Assembly: GCF_006345805.1 (NCBI RefSeq) | Contig: NC_042999.1 | Coordinates: 29,388,001 to 29,452,000 of the forward strand | Direction of reading: 5' to 3' | From: Octopus sinensis | Lineage: Eukaryota | Length of the DNA: 64,000 bases | In this document: piece by piece, positions 38,323 through 51,269 of the stretch | How positions within the stretch are numbered: position 1 is the first letter of the stretch | Layout: each line of letters starts with the position of its first letter | Position numbers and translations under genes: made by a program | Notes under the pieces: model-generated | Database searches by the model: none | What the model was told of the DNA's origin: nothing | What the model saw: only the letters and a program-made list of their open reading frames with translations

Positions 38323-39521
38323 ATGTACATGTGAAGAAGTTATGCACAGAGAGATAGCTACGTAGATAGATATTTGATTTTACCTTTATTTACATCCTTA
38401 TTATAACCGTACTTTTCTTTCGTTCAGCTTCTAATATTATTAACAAATGTTGAGAACATCAGAATCACCTCAGATGGAATAATCAGGTTGTAACCCCGTT
38501 ATGGAAAAACAACTGAGAAAAAACTACGCATCAAAAATACAGAATAATGTTATAATTAAATAACTTTGAAAAAGTATAAAGCAATCACGTATAAATGTTT
38601 TCAACGTGACGTGGAGAAAAGAAAATCATGAATAGCTTGAAACTCTTACGGATATTATCGTTGAAAATATAATTAAATTTCTGGAATTTATATTAGTATT
38701 CTGTGCGCTTGAAACTCAAAGTGTAGGCAGTGAAGTGGCTTATCTTATGACAGTTTGTCTTCCATCGTCAATAGAATATGTGAACTGCTTCTAGAAATAA
38801 GCGATTTAGAGTTAACATAATTAACTGTAGTTAACAACATTATTAAGCGTTAATGAAATTATAAACAAAATGTGGCAATATAGATTAATAATATTAAACT
38901 GACGACAAAAAGATGTGATTTTCCTAATATATTTTTTCTCATTCTAATAACATCCTCTAATATTGTTTGTATCTATTAACTAGTCGCATACACGGACACT
39001 CTTTCTCTATCCCTACTTATTTTTGTTTTTCTGTGTGTGTGTATGTGTAGGTGTTGTGAATTTGTTCTGCATTAATTTTCTTCTCGGAAATATCTTGGGT
39101 AAATTATTGTAACATGTGTAGGTTATGTATTTAAATTGATAGCAATACAAGTATGTACATACGGGCCAACTATGACTGATATGCATAAGTTAGTTAACGT
39201 TAGACGTGACAATTGCTGAAGCAAATATATCTCAGCGCTCACCTGTATCAATTCAATTCTCAAAACAGCAGACTTATTTATTTATTTATTTATTTTATTG
39301 ATATTCTACATTTTTTTAAACAAAATAGTGGCTGGTTACAAATTTCTAATACAGCAATCGTTTTATATATTCAGTACATACGACAAAGTAATTATATAGA
39401 ATACGCTAGTTCTCATTGTAGTATTGCAAAATCATTTTCATAGCATTTGATATCATGCAATAATACACATTCTCATATTTAAATACATATAGAAATATAC
39501 ATGTATACATATAAATGTATG

Positions 39522-39603
<82 letters not shown>

Positions 39604-39604
39604 G

Positions 39605-40583
39605 TGCAATAAAGGGTGGAATATAATAATTTAATAAAATTAATCAATTTCACCTAGTAGATTTATCGGTATGGAAAAGACCATATTTGGTAAGGGTTAT
39701 AATAATTATAATTAAGGGTTAAATGCAGCAAGTTGCTCAAAACCACATACCGAAAATATTAGAAATAGCAGCCAAAATTGATCACCATTTCCTCTACTAG
39801 TAAAAAGTCTCCACAAACAAACAGAATTTGTAAGCTGTAAATGGCAAAAAAAGGGCAGAAAATAACGAAATCCCAGCCTATGGATTAATTATAGACGACT
39901 CGTTTCTGGATTAGAACCGAAGGTTCATTTCCTTGTCAATATAATATTTCCTATAGATCTAGAAATGCTAGGGGAAAAACTCACCCGTTACACCAATACG
40001 ACCAGCGACATCGGACGGTCTAACAGAACTGCTAGCATTCCTACACCTATACCGACATGCGAATTCATATTTCCCTCCAAAAATTTACCACGTGAGCTAC
40101 AAAAACATTACCAACAAAACGAAAAATTCGTAGATAACTTGTAAGGGAGCAAAAGTATTCAATATGCAATAAAGGGTGGAATATAATTAATTTAATAAAA
40201 TTAATCAATTTCACCTAGTAGATTTATTGGTATGGAAAAGACCATATTTGGTAAGGGTTATAATAATTATAATTAAGGGTTAAATACAACAAGTTGCTCA
40301 AAACCACATACCGAAAATATTAGAAATAGCAGCCAAAATTGATCACCATTTCCTCTACTAGTAAAAAGTCTCCACAAACAAACAGAATTTGTAAGCTGTA
40401 TATGGCAAGAAAAGGCAGAAAATAACGAAATCCCAGCCTATGGATTAATTATAGACGACTCGTTTCTGGATGTGGAGACTTTTTACTAGTAGAGGAAATG
40501 GTGATCAATTTTGGCTGCTATTTCTAATATTTTCGGTATGTGGCTTTGAGCAACTTGTTGCATTTAACCCTTAATTATAATTA
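39605..40583 (-). mobile_element. Partial tandem element (307-bp repeats, period 560) with a 112-bp inverted arm, flanked by (TA)n
   Basis: 39605-39911 matches 40165-40471; 40472-40583 is the reverse complement of 40264-40375. Confidence 0.8.
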
Positions 40584-40590
40584 CATATAT

Positions 40591-40640
<50 letters not shown>

Positions 40641-40641
<1 letters not shown>

Positions 40642-40884
40642 CTATAAAAAGCATGATAATGATGTGTGTGTGTGTGTGTGTGTACGTGAATGTAATTTAT
40701 GCACGTCCGAAAATTAGCACGCGTGTCTCTCCATTTATAGGAGGACATTCGTCATGATCTATGTAGAATAGTAGAATTACCGTCAAATTCTTTTTCCCTA
40801 GGCACCCACGGGTAGCGGTAAAAATTGATTTTCATCCTTAACTTTTAATAATTTTGAAGTTTGCTAACATGAGTTAAGTCCGAA

Positions 40885-40934
<50 letters not shown>

Positions 40935-43618
40935 GTTGTGTTGATGTATGTGTGTGTGAGGGAGAGAGAATTGCGTGTTGATGTATGTATGTGTGTGTGT
41001 GAGGGTGAGAAAGAGAGAGAAAGAAAGAGAGAGAGAGAGAGGTGACAGCGTTCACTAAAAATTAAAAGGTAAAACGTTTTCTTTTTCTTAAACACGAGAT
41101 ATAGTATTCAAATTTAGGAGGTTTTTGAAATACACTATATTTTATAATTAGATTATATATATTTTCTCAAAGAAGAATTAAAATATATTTATTTTAAATC
41201 ATTTATTTATTTTAAATCGTTCAGCTTTCTTCCCCCCCCTCTCTCTCTCTCTCAAACACACATTACTTTGGGTGAGAAAGAGATTAGTTTTTATTTTACG
41301 CCGACGAAAAAAATGTTTTGTTGAGAATCCATATATTTAACAACAGCAACAAAGAGGTAAGAATTTGTCAGTGAAATACACACTAAAAATGGGTAAAATT
41401 TGCGAGGCTCCAACCCAACCCACTTCAATACTCGGACCAGAAAAAGTGTTTGTAGCATATTAAAAGGCCAGGGTAGTTGATTCCAGTGAAAAAAACCGCC
41501 TTTTTTCTTGGTGAAAATTGTGATGTCTAATGTTTTGCCAGGAGATTTTCATGTTAAATTTGAGATTTAAAAAAAAATGTTTTCAATATTCTTAATCTCC
41601 TTATTCTTCCACGTAAATTGAAACATAGATGGTGAAATGACCAATGGGTATGGTGGGGGGTGAAATTTCCGAGGCTTCCACCACACCACATCCCGTTTTT
41701 CGGACCACAGAAAGGGTTTCGTTGCCCAATTATTAATTGATTGCAGCAAAAAATCCGATTTCTTTTTTCTTAGTGAAAATCGTGCAAGTGTTACTCTAAA
41801 AAATTACCAACCTTTTTTCTTTTCATTTCTGTTTATGAAATTCTCTGTGCGTAATTTTGCTTTCCCAGTGGTCAAGGAAAATGATGACTGGGAAAGCAAC
41901 AGAACCCTAATGCTGATATTGCATATAATGACCTGATCTAAAATAATGCACTGATTGAAATCAAGAATACCCTGCTCAAAATGGGTGGGTCGGCTTTGAA
42001 CATATTCGGTTTGCCATCTTGATTGCGACAGGAAGCTAACACTCTCCCACCAAAGTTACTTCTGGTGTGGTCGTATGACGCTGATGGCCTTGCCGAATAC
42101 CTGGGAGTTAATGAACCGAAATTGATCCCTGATCAGTATCGTTGAAAAACTGGCGGGTGGCATTTTCCTCGTTGCTGCTAGAGGTACCGGAAAATCCTTT
42201 GTAACACAATACTTGCAAAGATTCGTTGCGAGAAATGAATTGCGCTAGCCGCTACTTCCTCAAGAATCGCAGCTACGATATTGCCAGGAGATAGAACTGC
42301 ACACTCGGCATTCAAGCTGCCTTTACATTTGGTGATGGGCGAGGTTCCTGCTTGCAACATTGCCAAAAATTCAGAGGAAACTGAAGTTCTTAGACAGTGC
42401 TGTCTTATTGTATGGGACGAATGCAGAATGACAAATATGGGTGCCCTTGAGGCACTGGACTGGTCGCTGTCATCCCTAAATGTAGCCGGGCTGATGAAGT
42501 GCGCGCATGCCTTAAGTCATCCACATTCTGGATCCAGGGTATAACCTTAAACCTAAGCATAGACATTCGTGCGCATTTGCTTGGTGATGGCACTTCTGCA
42601 TATTTAGCTGCGGACATTTTAGCACTTGGAAATGATAAGATCCCTAAGAATGATAGGGGCGACTTATCCATCTCTGAACTGTGCAACGACATGGAAAACC
42701 ATCCCAATCATTTGGAAACAGTGTTTCCCAATCTAGAATGTAATTATGCAGACATCAATTGGCTCAGGGAAAAACCATCCTAGCCCCAAAAAAACGTAGC
42801 TGTCAGTGCAATCAATGACCAGCACATAAGCCGAATTCCAGCGTATCTACAAATTGATTGACCGGACCTATGGGCTCCAAGACGTTGTCAATTACCCTAT
42901 CGAGTTTCTCAAGAAATTGGAGCCAGCAGGGCTCCGCCTCACATTCTGAGGCTAAGGGTTGAATACCCAATTATGCTAATCAGAAACATGCTTCCGCTTA
43001 AACGGGTCAAGAGGACCCGCTTAGAAATGAATTCCCTGACGCACCACTTGATTACGCCCCATTCGTACAGAGTGCGAGAGGGGTGAAAATGTTTTCATTT
43101 CAATGATGCAGCTTTATCCATCGGGGTCAGACATACCGTTTAACTTCAGCAGATCACAGTTCCCAGTGCGCCCATGCCTCGCCCTGTCCATCAACTAATC
43201 CCAAGGTCAAACACTGTCGGTGACAGGCATCCACTTGGGGTTTTCCAATCAAACACGATAAATAAAATTGATAAATCGATTCCTTATAGGATTTTCCACC
43301 AAAATTGACTACCCCACATTTTCAACTATAACTTTTACCAATGTTGACATATTTTACTTAAACTTGATGCCAGCATTATTTAGGGCTCAATGGACCTTTG
43401 TATGGTTTAAGTTCTCAAAAAATGAAAACAAAAAAAAACAATCGATAAATTGATTTCCCATTCAAATTGCCTGCAACATATTTTCAGCCAAATGTATACA
43501 AATCTCAACGGATGTCGCACAAATTCGATGTCGCTGTCACTTACTTTGGTTTGAAATAACGCGCTTCATCACATAATAATCCTAATTTAATCCCGGCCAA
43601 CACTGGGCTATACTCTAT
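40641..43618 (+). mobile_element. Helitron with decayed PIF1-like helicase
   Basis: 5' A|TCTATA; 3' hairpin cccggccaacactggg followed by CTAT; helicase motifs AATILPGDRTAHSAFKLP and LIVWDECRM. Confidence 0.85.
42140..43260 (+). pseudogene. Helitron helicase remnant
   Basis: Frameshifted motifs including TAHSAFKLPL, IVWDEC, and a QFPV...LALSIN*SQGQTL-like stretch near 43160-43215. Confidence 0.8.
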
Positions 43619-44587
43619 GTATACATGTATGTAAAATAGGGGGATTCAAAGGCACGCAAGAGAAAAGAACAATTCGAAGCACAGGCAAAAAGAAAAGAAA
43701 AACACTGGTCATACTTGCCTTTTTTCATCAGGCAAGTCCCAGAATTTACGACCATTTCGGGCAGTTACACTTGAGATGCTTCGATATGCTAAGAGTATTA
43801 GACCTCTTTCTAAGAAAGCTAGAGAATGTATACGGCAACAAAGACAAAAAACGTAGAACATGGTACACAAAGAGACGAAAAATGGAGAACATGGTACGAA
43901 TACAAACAACAAGTAAATAGCAACAGACGTCTTGAGCTGGCATATATGAAGTGAATGCAGGAATATGGGAGATGGACACCAGCAGTATTCACGGTCGGCA
44001 GTCAGGACAACAAAGAAAGATCATGGCTGGCCAGACACTGGACACGTGGAAGGAGGGGAGATTGGTAAGGGACAGCGGGATTGGAGGATTAGAAAAAAAA
44101 ATTACTGCCAAAGGGCAACAAGATGAAAGGTTAAAGTGAATTAGACAGCGTGATTTATTCAGAGAAGGAAGTTTTCTTCAGTAAAACGAGGGATTTTTGT
44201 CCACATGTTTACATTTACTAGCAGAAAAAATAGGATCTGGAATTTGTTAAACCCATGGAAATAATTAAGGCAGTATCAATATAAGACCTGCACGCTAAAC
44301 GTGAACTACACCTGTGTGATGATTTAACAAATAGCTTGTATTTAACCAACTTGATCCAGCAGATGCTATGTGGTGCTGTCTTCGGATTCCAATACCATAC
44401 ATCGTTAGGTAACGTTATGGTTTCCTTCTCAACCATATCACATTAACAAAATCACTATCTTCTTTGCTTCCTTGGGAATAGTGATATGTGTTCGGCTTCA
44501 GATAAGAGCTGATCAAGCACAATAGGTACTCATGTCAATGTGCATACATTTATGTGCATTTATGTGTACATAAATACATCGATGCAT

Positions 44588-44641
<54 letters not shown>

Positions 44642-44672
44642 AATCTATACAAACACAAATATATATGTATGC

Positions 44673-44704
<32 letters not shown>

Positions 44705-45197
44705 TATATATATATTAATATATATATATTATATATATATATATATACATACCTACATACATATATATGTAGAATGTAAATAAATACGTACATACACATG
44801 CAAAGACACAGACATACACACATTCATTTATTGCAGTACATATGCATGTATGTTGGTAGCTAAATATGCATAATTCATGTATGCACGTACAAATTTATGT
44901 ATACGGAGGTGGATATTTATGCATACAGGAATATAAAAATGCGTATACGTGAGAGCCTACAGTGACTTATATGGATATGGGAAATTTTTTTATCAAAGTA
45001 GCAACCACGATTAATATAGACACGGAACAGTACCAAATTTGTCCGCTGGGAGAAACATAATTCTTACGTAACTAGGAAAGCACTGCAACAGTCGAACACA
45101 CATTCATACTTTTATCTCTGAGCCAGTTTTTTTTCTGTACGTTATATGTATTAAGATATTATACCCTTATGTGTGTGTGGATAGACACACCTATATG

Positions 45198-45293
<96 letters not shown>

Positions 45294-45307
45294 ATATATA
45301 TATATAT

Positions 45308-45356
<49 letters not shown>

Positions 45357-45446
45357 TATGTATGCATGTATATATATGTATATTATATATATAATATATA
45401 TATATATATATACACTTATGTGTGTATGGATGGACATACCTATATA

Positions 45447-45611
<165 letters not shown>

Positions 45612-46118
45612 TATATATTTACCTAGCTCAGATACCAGGAAAACCCAAATTGCCAGAAATTGAATAGATAGTATTCATGAGTACTGCCCATAACCTACCT
45701 GAAATACTACGTGAAATGTATAAATACATACACACACACAAACACATATATACGTTTTTTTTATACATATACACATATTTAAACAGACGTGAGGACACAC
45801 TTCTATATATACGGACGAAAATTATCTGCTAATGCCACTGCTGTATTTGTTTATTAAAATTATGCATTAATGCGCATATTGTCTTTCGGGCGCTCTCTGT
45901 ATCGTCATTCATTTTAAAATATCAAATAAATTGCGCTATTTCATCATTGCAAATTTAACTGTGAAAATTATATTTAACACACAGCGGAACACATATATCT
46001 TCTTACATCGACGTAGAAATGCATACATGGTCACATATGTGTACATGCTAGGTATATGCATGTCTTTCTTTGTGTCTGCTTCTGGAGTGTTCGTGTGCAT
46101 AAATAATACATGTATATA

Positions 46119-46172
<54 letters not shown>

Positions 46173-47921
46173 ATTATATATATATATATATATATACATA
46201 TATATGTATGCATGTATATATATGTATATGTATACTTATGTGCGTGTGTGGTTTTGCGTATATAAAGATATATATTCAATTGTATGTGTGTGGATGCGTG
46301 TATTGATGTGAGAGTATGCGTGTGTCTATGTTTCTGTTTGCATATATTAAGATATATGATAGATGTTTACTTTTCTCTAAAATTTGTCAATCCAATTACT
46401 ATATAGAATTTAGGTGTTATATTCTACGACTTCCTGTGCATTAATTCTAGTCTGTTGAGTCCATTGCACCTATAGTATAAATATTATTGCAGATAAGACT
46501 TACATAACACTTCAGTAAATGCGTGATAAATCCCGAAAATCTCTGGCAAAATTGTGTTCTATGAGATATAAGAAGTAGCAGTCAGAGGAGGTAACATATA
46601 CTGAATAACCAGAGGAGTTAAGCAAGCTATGATTCATGAGTGGTGTCAAGGAAGCGGTCAAAAGAAAAACGGAAAATAAGAGATATGGATTATCAAGGAT
46701 AAACGTGACGCAAATCGAAATAAAATTCAAGAAGGAAACGAATAGATAAAAGAAAGTGAAAACATTTATATCACACGGAATATGAAAGTGATATGATTAG
46801 GTATATTTCAAAATATATGTGCTGAGAGAAAGTGATTGCAGGAAGCAAGTGAAGAAATGAAAACGAGAATATATTCCTGGTGAAACGAAGAGAATTCTAT
46901 GACATTGTAGGAGAAATTGTCAGTAATGCAACATGAGTGCGTGAAAGTAAAAGGGACATTTGAATGAAAATGTTGCTTAAATATGACATTGACTATTACT
47001 TTGTCTTTCAAATATAAATAATATTTGGTGAAATTCTAAAGAAGGCCAACTGCGTAGTTACTTTTGCGAATAACCTCCTTTTTAAATACGGTGTTTCTTT
47101 TTATAAAGGGTGTAGAAATTAAACAAAGTTAGTATGAATAACCCGTTCACCTTTTGGAAATAATATGGTGAGTTCATTGAATGCATAGACAAACATATAC
47201 AACGATGAACATTCCTTATGAAGATGATTGTATTTAAGAAGGGAATATCCGTTTTATTAAACAACTTTCTGAAATATTACCAGTACACACACACAACACA
47301 CACATGCTCACACACATACCATAATATCCATTATATAGCTAACCTTTGTTTAAATTCTCAAATTCCACTTTGATATTTCCCTTTGTTACGGTTTGATATT
47401 CCTTCGCCTTATACATATTTCGGGAAAGAATGGGTGGATATATGACATTTGATATAAATTCCTCAATTGGAGAACATATTCATTTTGTATTATGAGTTAC
47501 GTACGATACGCAGTGATATAAACGCATTTTGCATACTTGATCATGCATTTCTCTGTAAGTATCACCTGTTTTAGACACCATGCATAATAAATACTTGGCT
47601 TAATGTCTTGCTACTTCTATCAGAATGTATAGATTATCATAATCCATAATATAAATGCAAATAAAAACAATCAAGGTTTGAGAGGATAGAATACATTGTG
47701 GAAAATACACTGGGGACATTAATAGCTCCACAGCCATTCGGTTTTCAAAATTATTATACAATTGATGTATTGTGCTATTAAGCATATAATATGTATTTTG
47801 TGTATCGCATGAAATGATTATCAATAATGTACGAGTATCTTTTCATCAGTGTCTTTGTTCTACATCCTGAAATGTTTGAATATTTCAGATTCATCCTACA
47901 TTCTTTGCTAAACTGTTTACC

Positions 47922-47986
<65 letters not shown>

Positions 47987-48080
47987 ATATATACATATTC
48001 TATTGTGTCTGGGGAGAGTCATTTTCTTTTTGTGCAAAAAATGAATATATATATATATTATATATATATATACATATATA

Positions 48081-48130
<50 letters not shown>

Positions 48131-49121
48131 TGCTTTATATCTCCCATTTAACACAAGAACTGATGAATGTCACTCTAACGAACATAACGTAGGTCTACAT
48201 AGTTTATTTTGTAACTGAAATTTACAGATAATTCGTGGATTTTTGTTATAATTAAAGTAATACAAGAAGCCAATTTATATAGACATGGATATGTCGGTGC
48301 TTTCTGTTAATCTTTATTGTGCCAGCTGTCCTCTAAAATAATTTTGTAAGAAATCCTCATGATATCTATAAACATCGAGCAATTTGACCGACATCAGACG
48401 AAGAATGATTATCAGAAGAAATGCATTTTAATAGTAAGATATGACCTCCGGCGACTTGTTTTTGGAAGAAGAATTGTATATTTGGGGTCGAATTAATGTT
48501 AAGTTTTGAGAAAGAATATAATGACGGAAAATATGAATATGCATAAAATTTGATTATGTAGAATATTTTATATGAACTATGTATTTTAGAGACATAATTA
48601 CAATAATTCAAAGCGTTTTTACATGCCTCAAACTTTCAATTCACCAAAATATACGATTATCTTGTAATGTTTCACAAAAGCCGGAGCATGTTTTTCTTCC
48701 AGATCTTGTTTCATTTACGTATGTTGTAAATTCTTTTAAATATGAAATCAAGTAAACACGTTCCTTCTTCTTGTTCTGTTGCCACAAGTTCTTATCTATG
48801 ATTAAAGCAGTAGATGAACTAACGTAAATCTGCAGATTGCGAGATTGCTGATGTTTTAAGATATAGATACGTTCGTGTCCCACTCGGACAAGAAAGTATG
48901 ATTTGCTTCTGTAACTCAAATGTGTGTGCAAATCGTTCGGTATTTTTTGAACGGAAGGATACGGAGGTTAGAGAGTGTGTACTATGAAGCAAGATATTAA
49001 GAAATTATGAATTCATTGTGATCTTTTCTCAAATGCAACATAATTATTAGACTATAAACTATATTTTACAGTAATTTACACAAGTGATAACATGATTAAT
49101 AATGTTTGTGTGTGAGGTGGG

Positions 49122-49156
<35 letters not shown>

Positions 49157-49854
49157 ATTATGTATATATGAATACACACACACACATACACACACACACA
49201 CACACACATATATAAATATATATATATATATATATATGATTCAAAATTAAGATTATTATATCATTTGGTTGCAAAGAAATGATATGCATTTATGTTCACG
49301 AAATATTGAAGTTAATTATGCTCAATTGTTTAATTAATTTATCAAGTCTACATCAGCTTTCATATACATAGAAATTTGAGAAATACACTTTCATACTTGA
49401 ACACATAATTTTTCTTGGCACTAAGAGGTTTCATAGAGTGCAAAAATATATTATTTGATGAGAACTGACTGAAAATATATTGTTTCCCTAATCAAAAGTT
49501 GCACTTTCTTAGCAAGACATTTACAGAGACGAGAGAAACATGTACTAATTACCCGCTATTTAGACACAGATCAATGTCCGGTTAAGATAGCAACAACTCA
49601 CATTCTTTAATTCCTGAAATTGTGATGGAGAATACCTGTCACTATCAATGGTGCATGAGCTGAGCTGATTAATTTAGTGAAAACCCTACTAATCTTTCCA
49701 TTTCACTACTCGTTCGTCTCATAATCATTAGACTAATTCTTTATAGCATTAGAAGTCACTGTAATCTAACCAGGAAACTCAAAGAATAAAACTGTGTCCA
49801 GTGGTCTTTATAACTGTCTAAATCGCAACCCATTCAATTACAATCGTTAATTAT

Positions 49855-49916
49855 TAGCATTATTTTTGTTATTGTTGTTGTTGTTGTTATTATTATTATT
49901 ATCATTGTTATTATTA

Positions 49917-49950
<34 letters not shown>

Positions 49951-49988
49951 CATTATTATTATTATTATTATTATCATTGTTATTATTA

Positions 49989-50034
<46 letters not shown>

Positions 50035-50063
50035 CATTATTATTATTATTATTATTATTATTG
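49855..50063. repeat. (ATT)n microsatellite
   Basis: Direct reading. Confidence 0.95.
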
Positions 50064-50522
50064 AGTGAGAGAGCAGTTCATGCCGTCAAAGTGACACTGG
50101 GGTAAAATATACGAAGCCCAATATACCCATCATGACTACCCGTCTGATAAAGGTACACCAGGCACATGCATCACAACCATATGTGCGCGACATGGTGATC
50201 TCATATCAAGATAAATAGCACATGACCTTGCAGGTGGGGTCCAGTTAGAATTTTCTTCAGGTTGAGTAGCCCATCCCGCTCAAACGGTCCCTGAATAAGG
50301 GATGTTTAAGGATGTTGAAAGAACCACCCATGTTTCCAGAGGTGAACTATTCAAACCCCAAAGAATCCCTCTCAACACATGGCTATGATGCTCCCCCACT
50401 ACTTCTGCTCGTGATCAGAGATGCACATATCGTCAGCCACTAAGGGACATGCTCAACTGGTTAAGGTCAAACAACTGACAAGCAAATCTGTGGCATTGAG
50501 CAGAAAATTTGCTGTAGCCCAT
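50064..50522 (-). mobile_element. ~460-bp probable interspersed repeat ending in (TAA)n; class uncertain
   Basis: Non-coding, higher-GC block between two (TAA)n-type arrays; family assignment is inference. Confidence 0.45.
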
Positions 50523-50573
50523 TCAATCAGTTAAGATCAGAAGCCATGAGAGCCACTGCCTGGTACTGCATCA

Positions 50574-50606
<33 letters not shown>

Positions 50607-50651
50607 GTATTATCATTATTATTATTACTACTATTATTATTATTATTATTA

Positions 50652-50714
<63 letters not shown>

Positions 50715-50788
50715 CATCATCATCATCATCATCATCAACATCATCAACATCATCGTCATCAATATTATTATTAATATTATATATAGGC

Positions 50789-51200
50789 TTAGGAATGGAT
50801 GTGTTATAAGTAGCTTGCTTACGAACCACATGGTTCCCGGTTCAATCCCAATGCGTGACATCTTGGGCAAGTTTCTTCTACTATAGCCTCGAGCCGATCA
50901 AAGCTTTGTGGGGGGATTTGGTAGGCGGAAACTGAAAGAAACCCGTCGTTTATTTGTATATATATATGTATGTGTGTGTGTGTGTGTGTGTATGTGTGTG
51001 TGTGTCTGTCCTCCCAACATCACTTGACAACAGATGCTGGTGTGCTACGTCCCCGTAACTTAGCGGTTCGGCCAAATAAACCGATAGAATAAGTACTAGG
51101 CTTACAAAGAATAAGTCATGGGGTCGATGTGCTCGCCTAAAGACAGTGCCCCAGCATGACCACAGTCAAATGATAGAAACAAGTAAAAAGTAAAGAGTAA
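50789..51200 (+). mobile_element. Full-length tRNA-derived SINE (family of 36090-36522)
   Basis: B box ggttcaatcc, ttgggcaag, internal (TG)n, tail gtaaaaagtaaagag. Confidence 0.85.
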
Positions 51201-51214
51201 ATTGAGTATTATTA

Positions 51215-51269
<55 letters not shown>

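Noticed and set aside
46500-47010. Hydrophobic minus-strand frames resembling a membrane protein
   Set aside because: Multiple stops, and pyrimidine-rich composition alone yields such frames.
48155-48200. CTGATGA after (TA)n
   Set aside because: Followed by GAAC rather than GAAA, with no consistent stems I and III.
48641-48931. 96-aa minus-strand ORF
   Set aside because: No recognisable motif or clear splice context.
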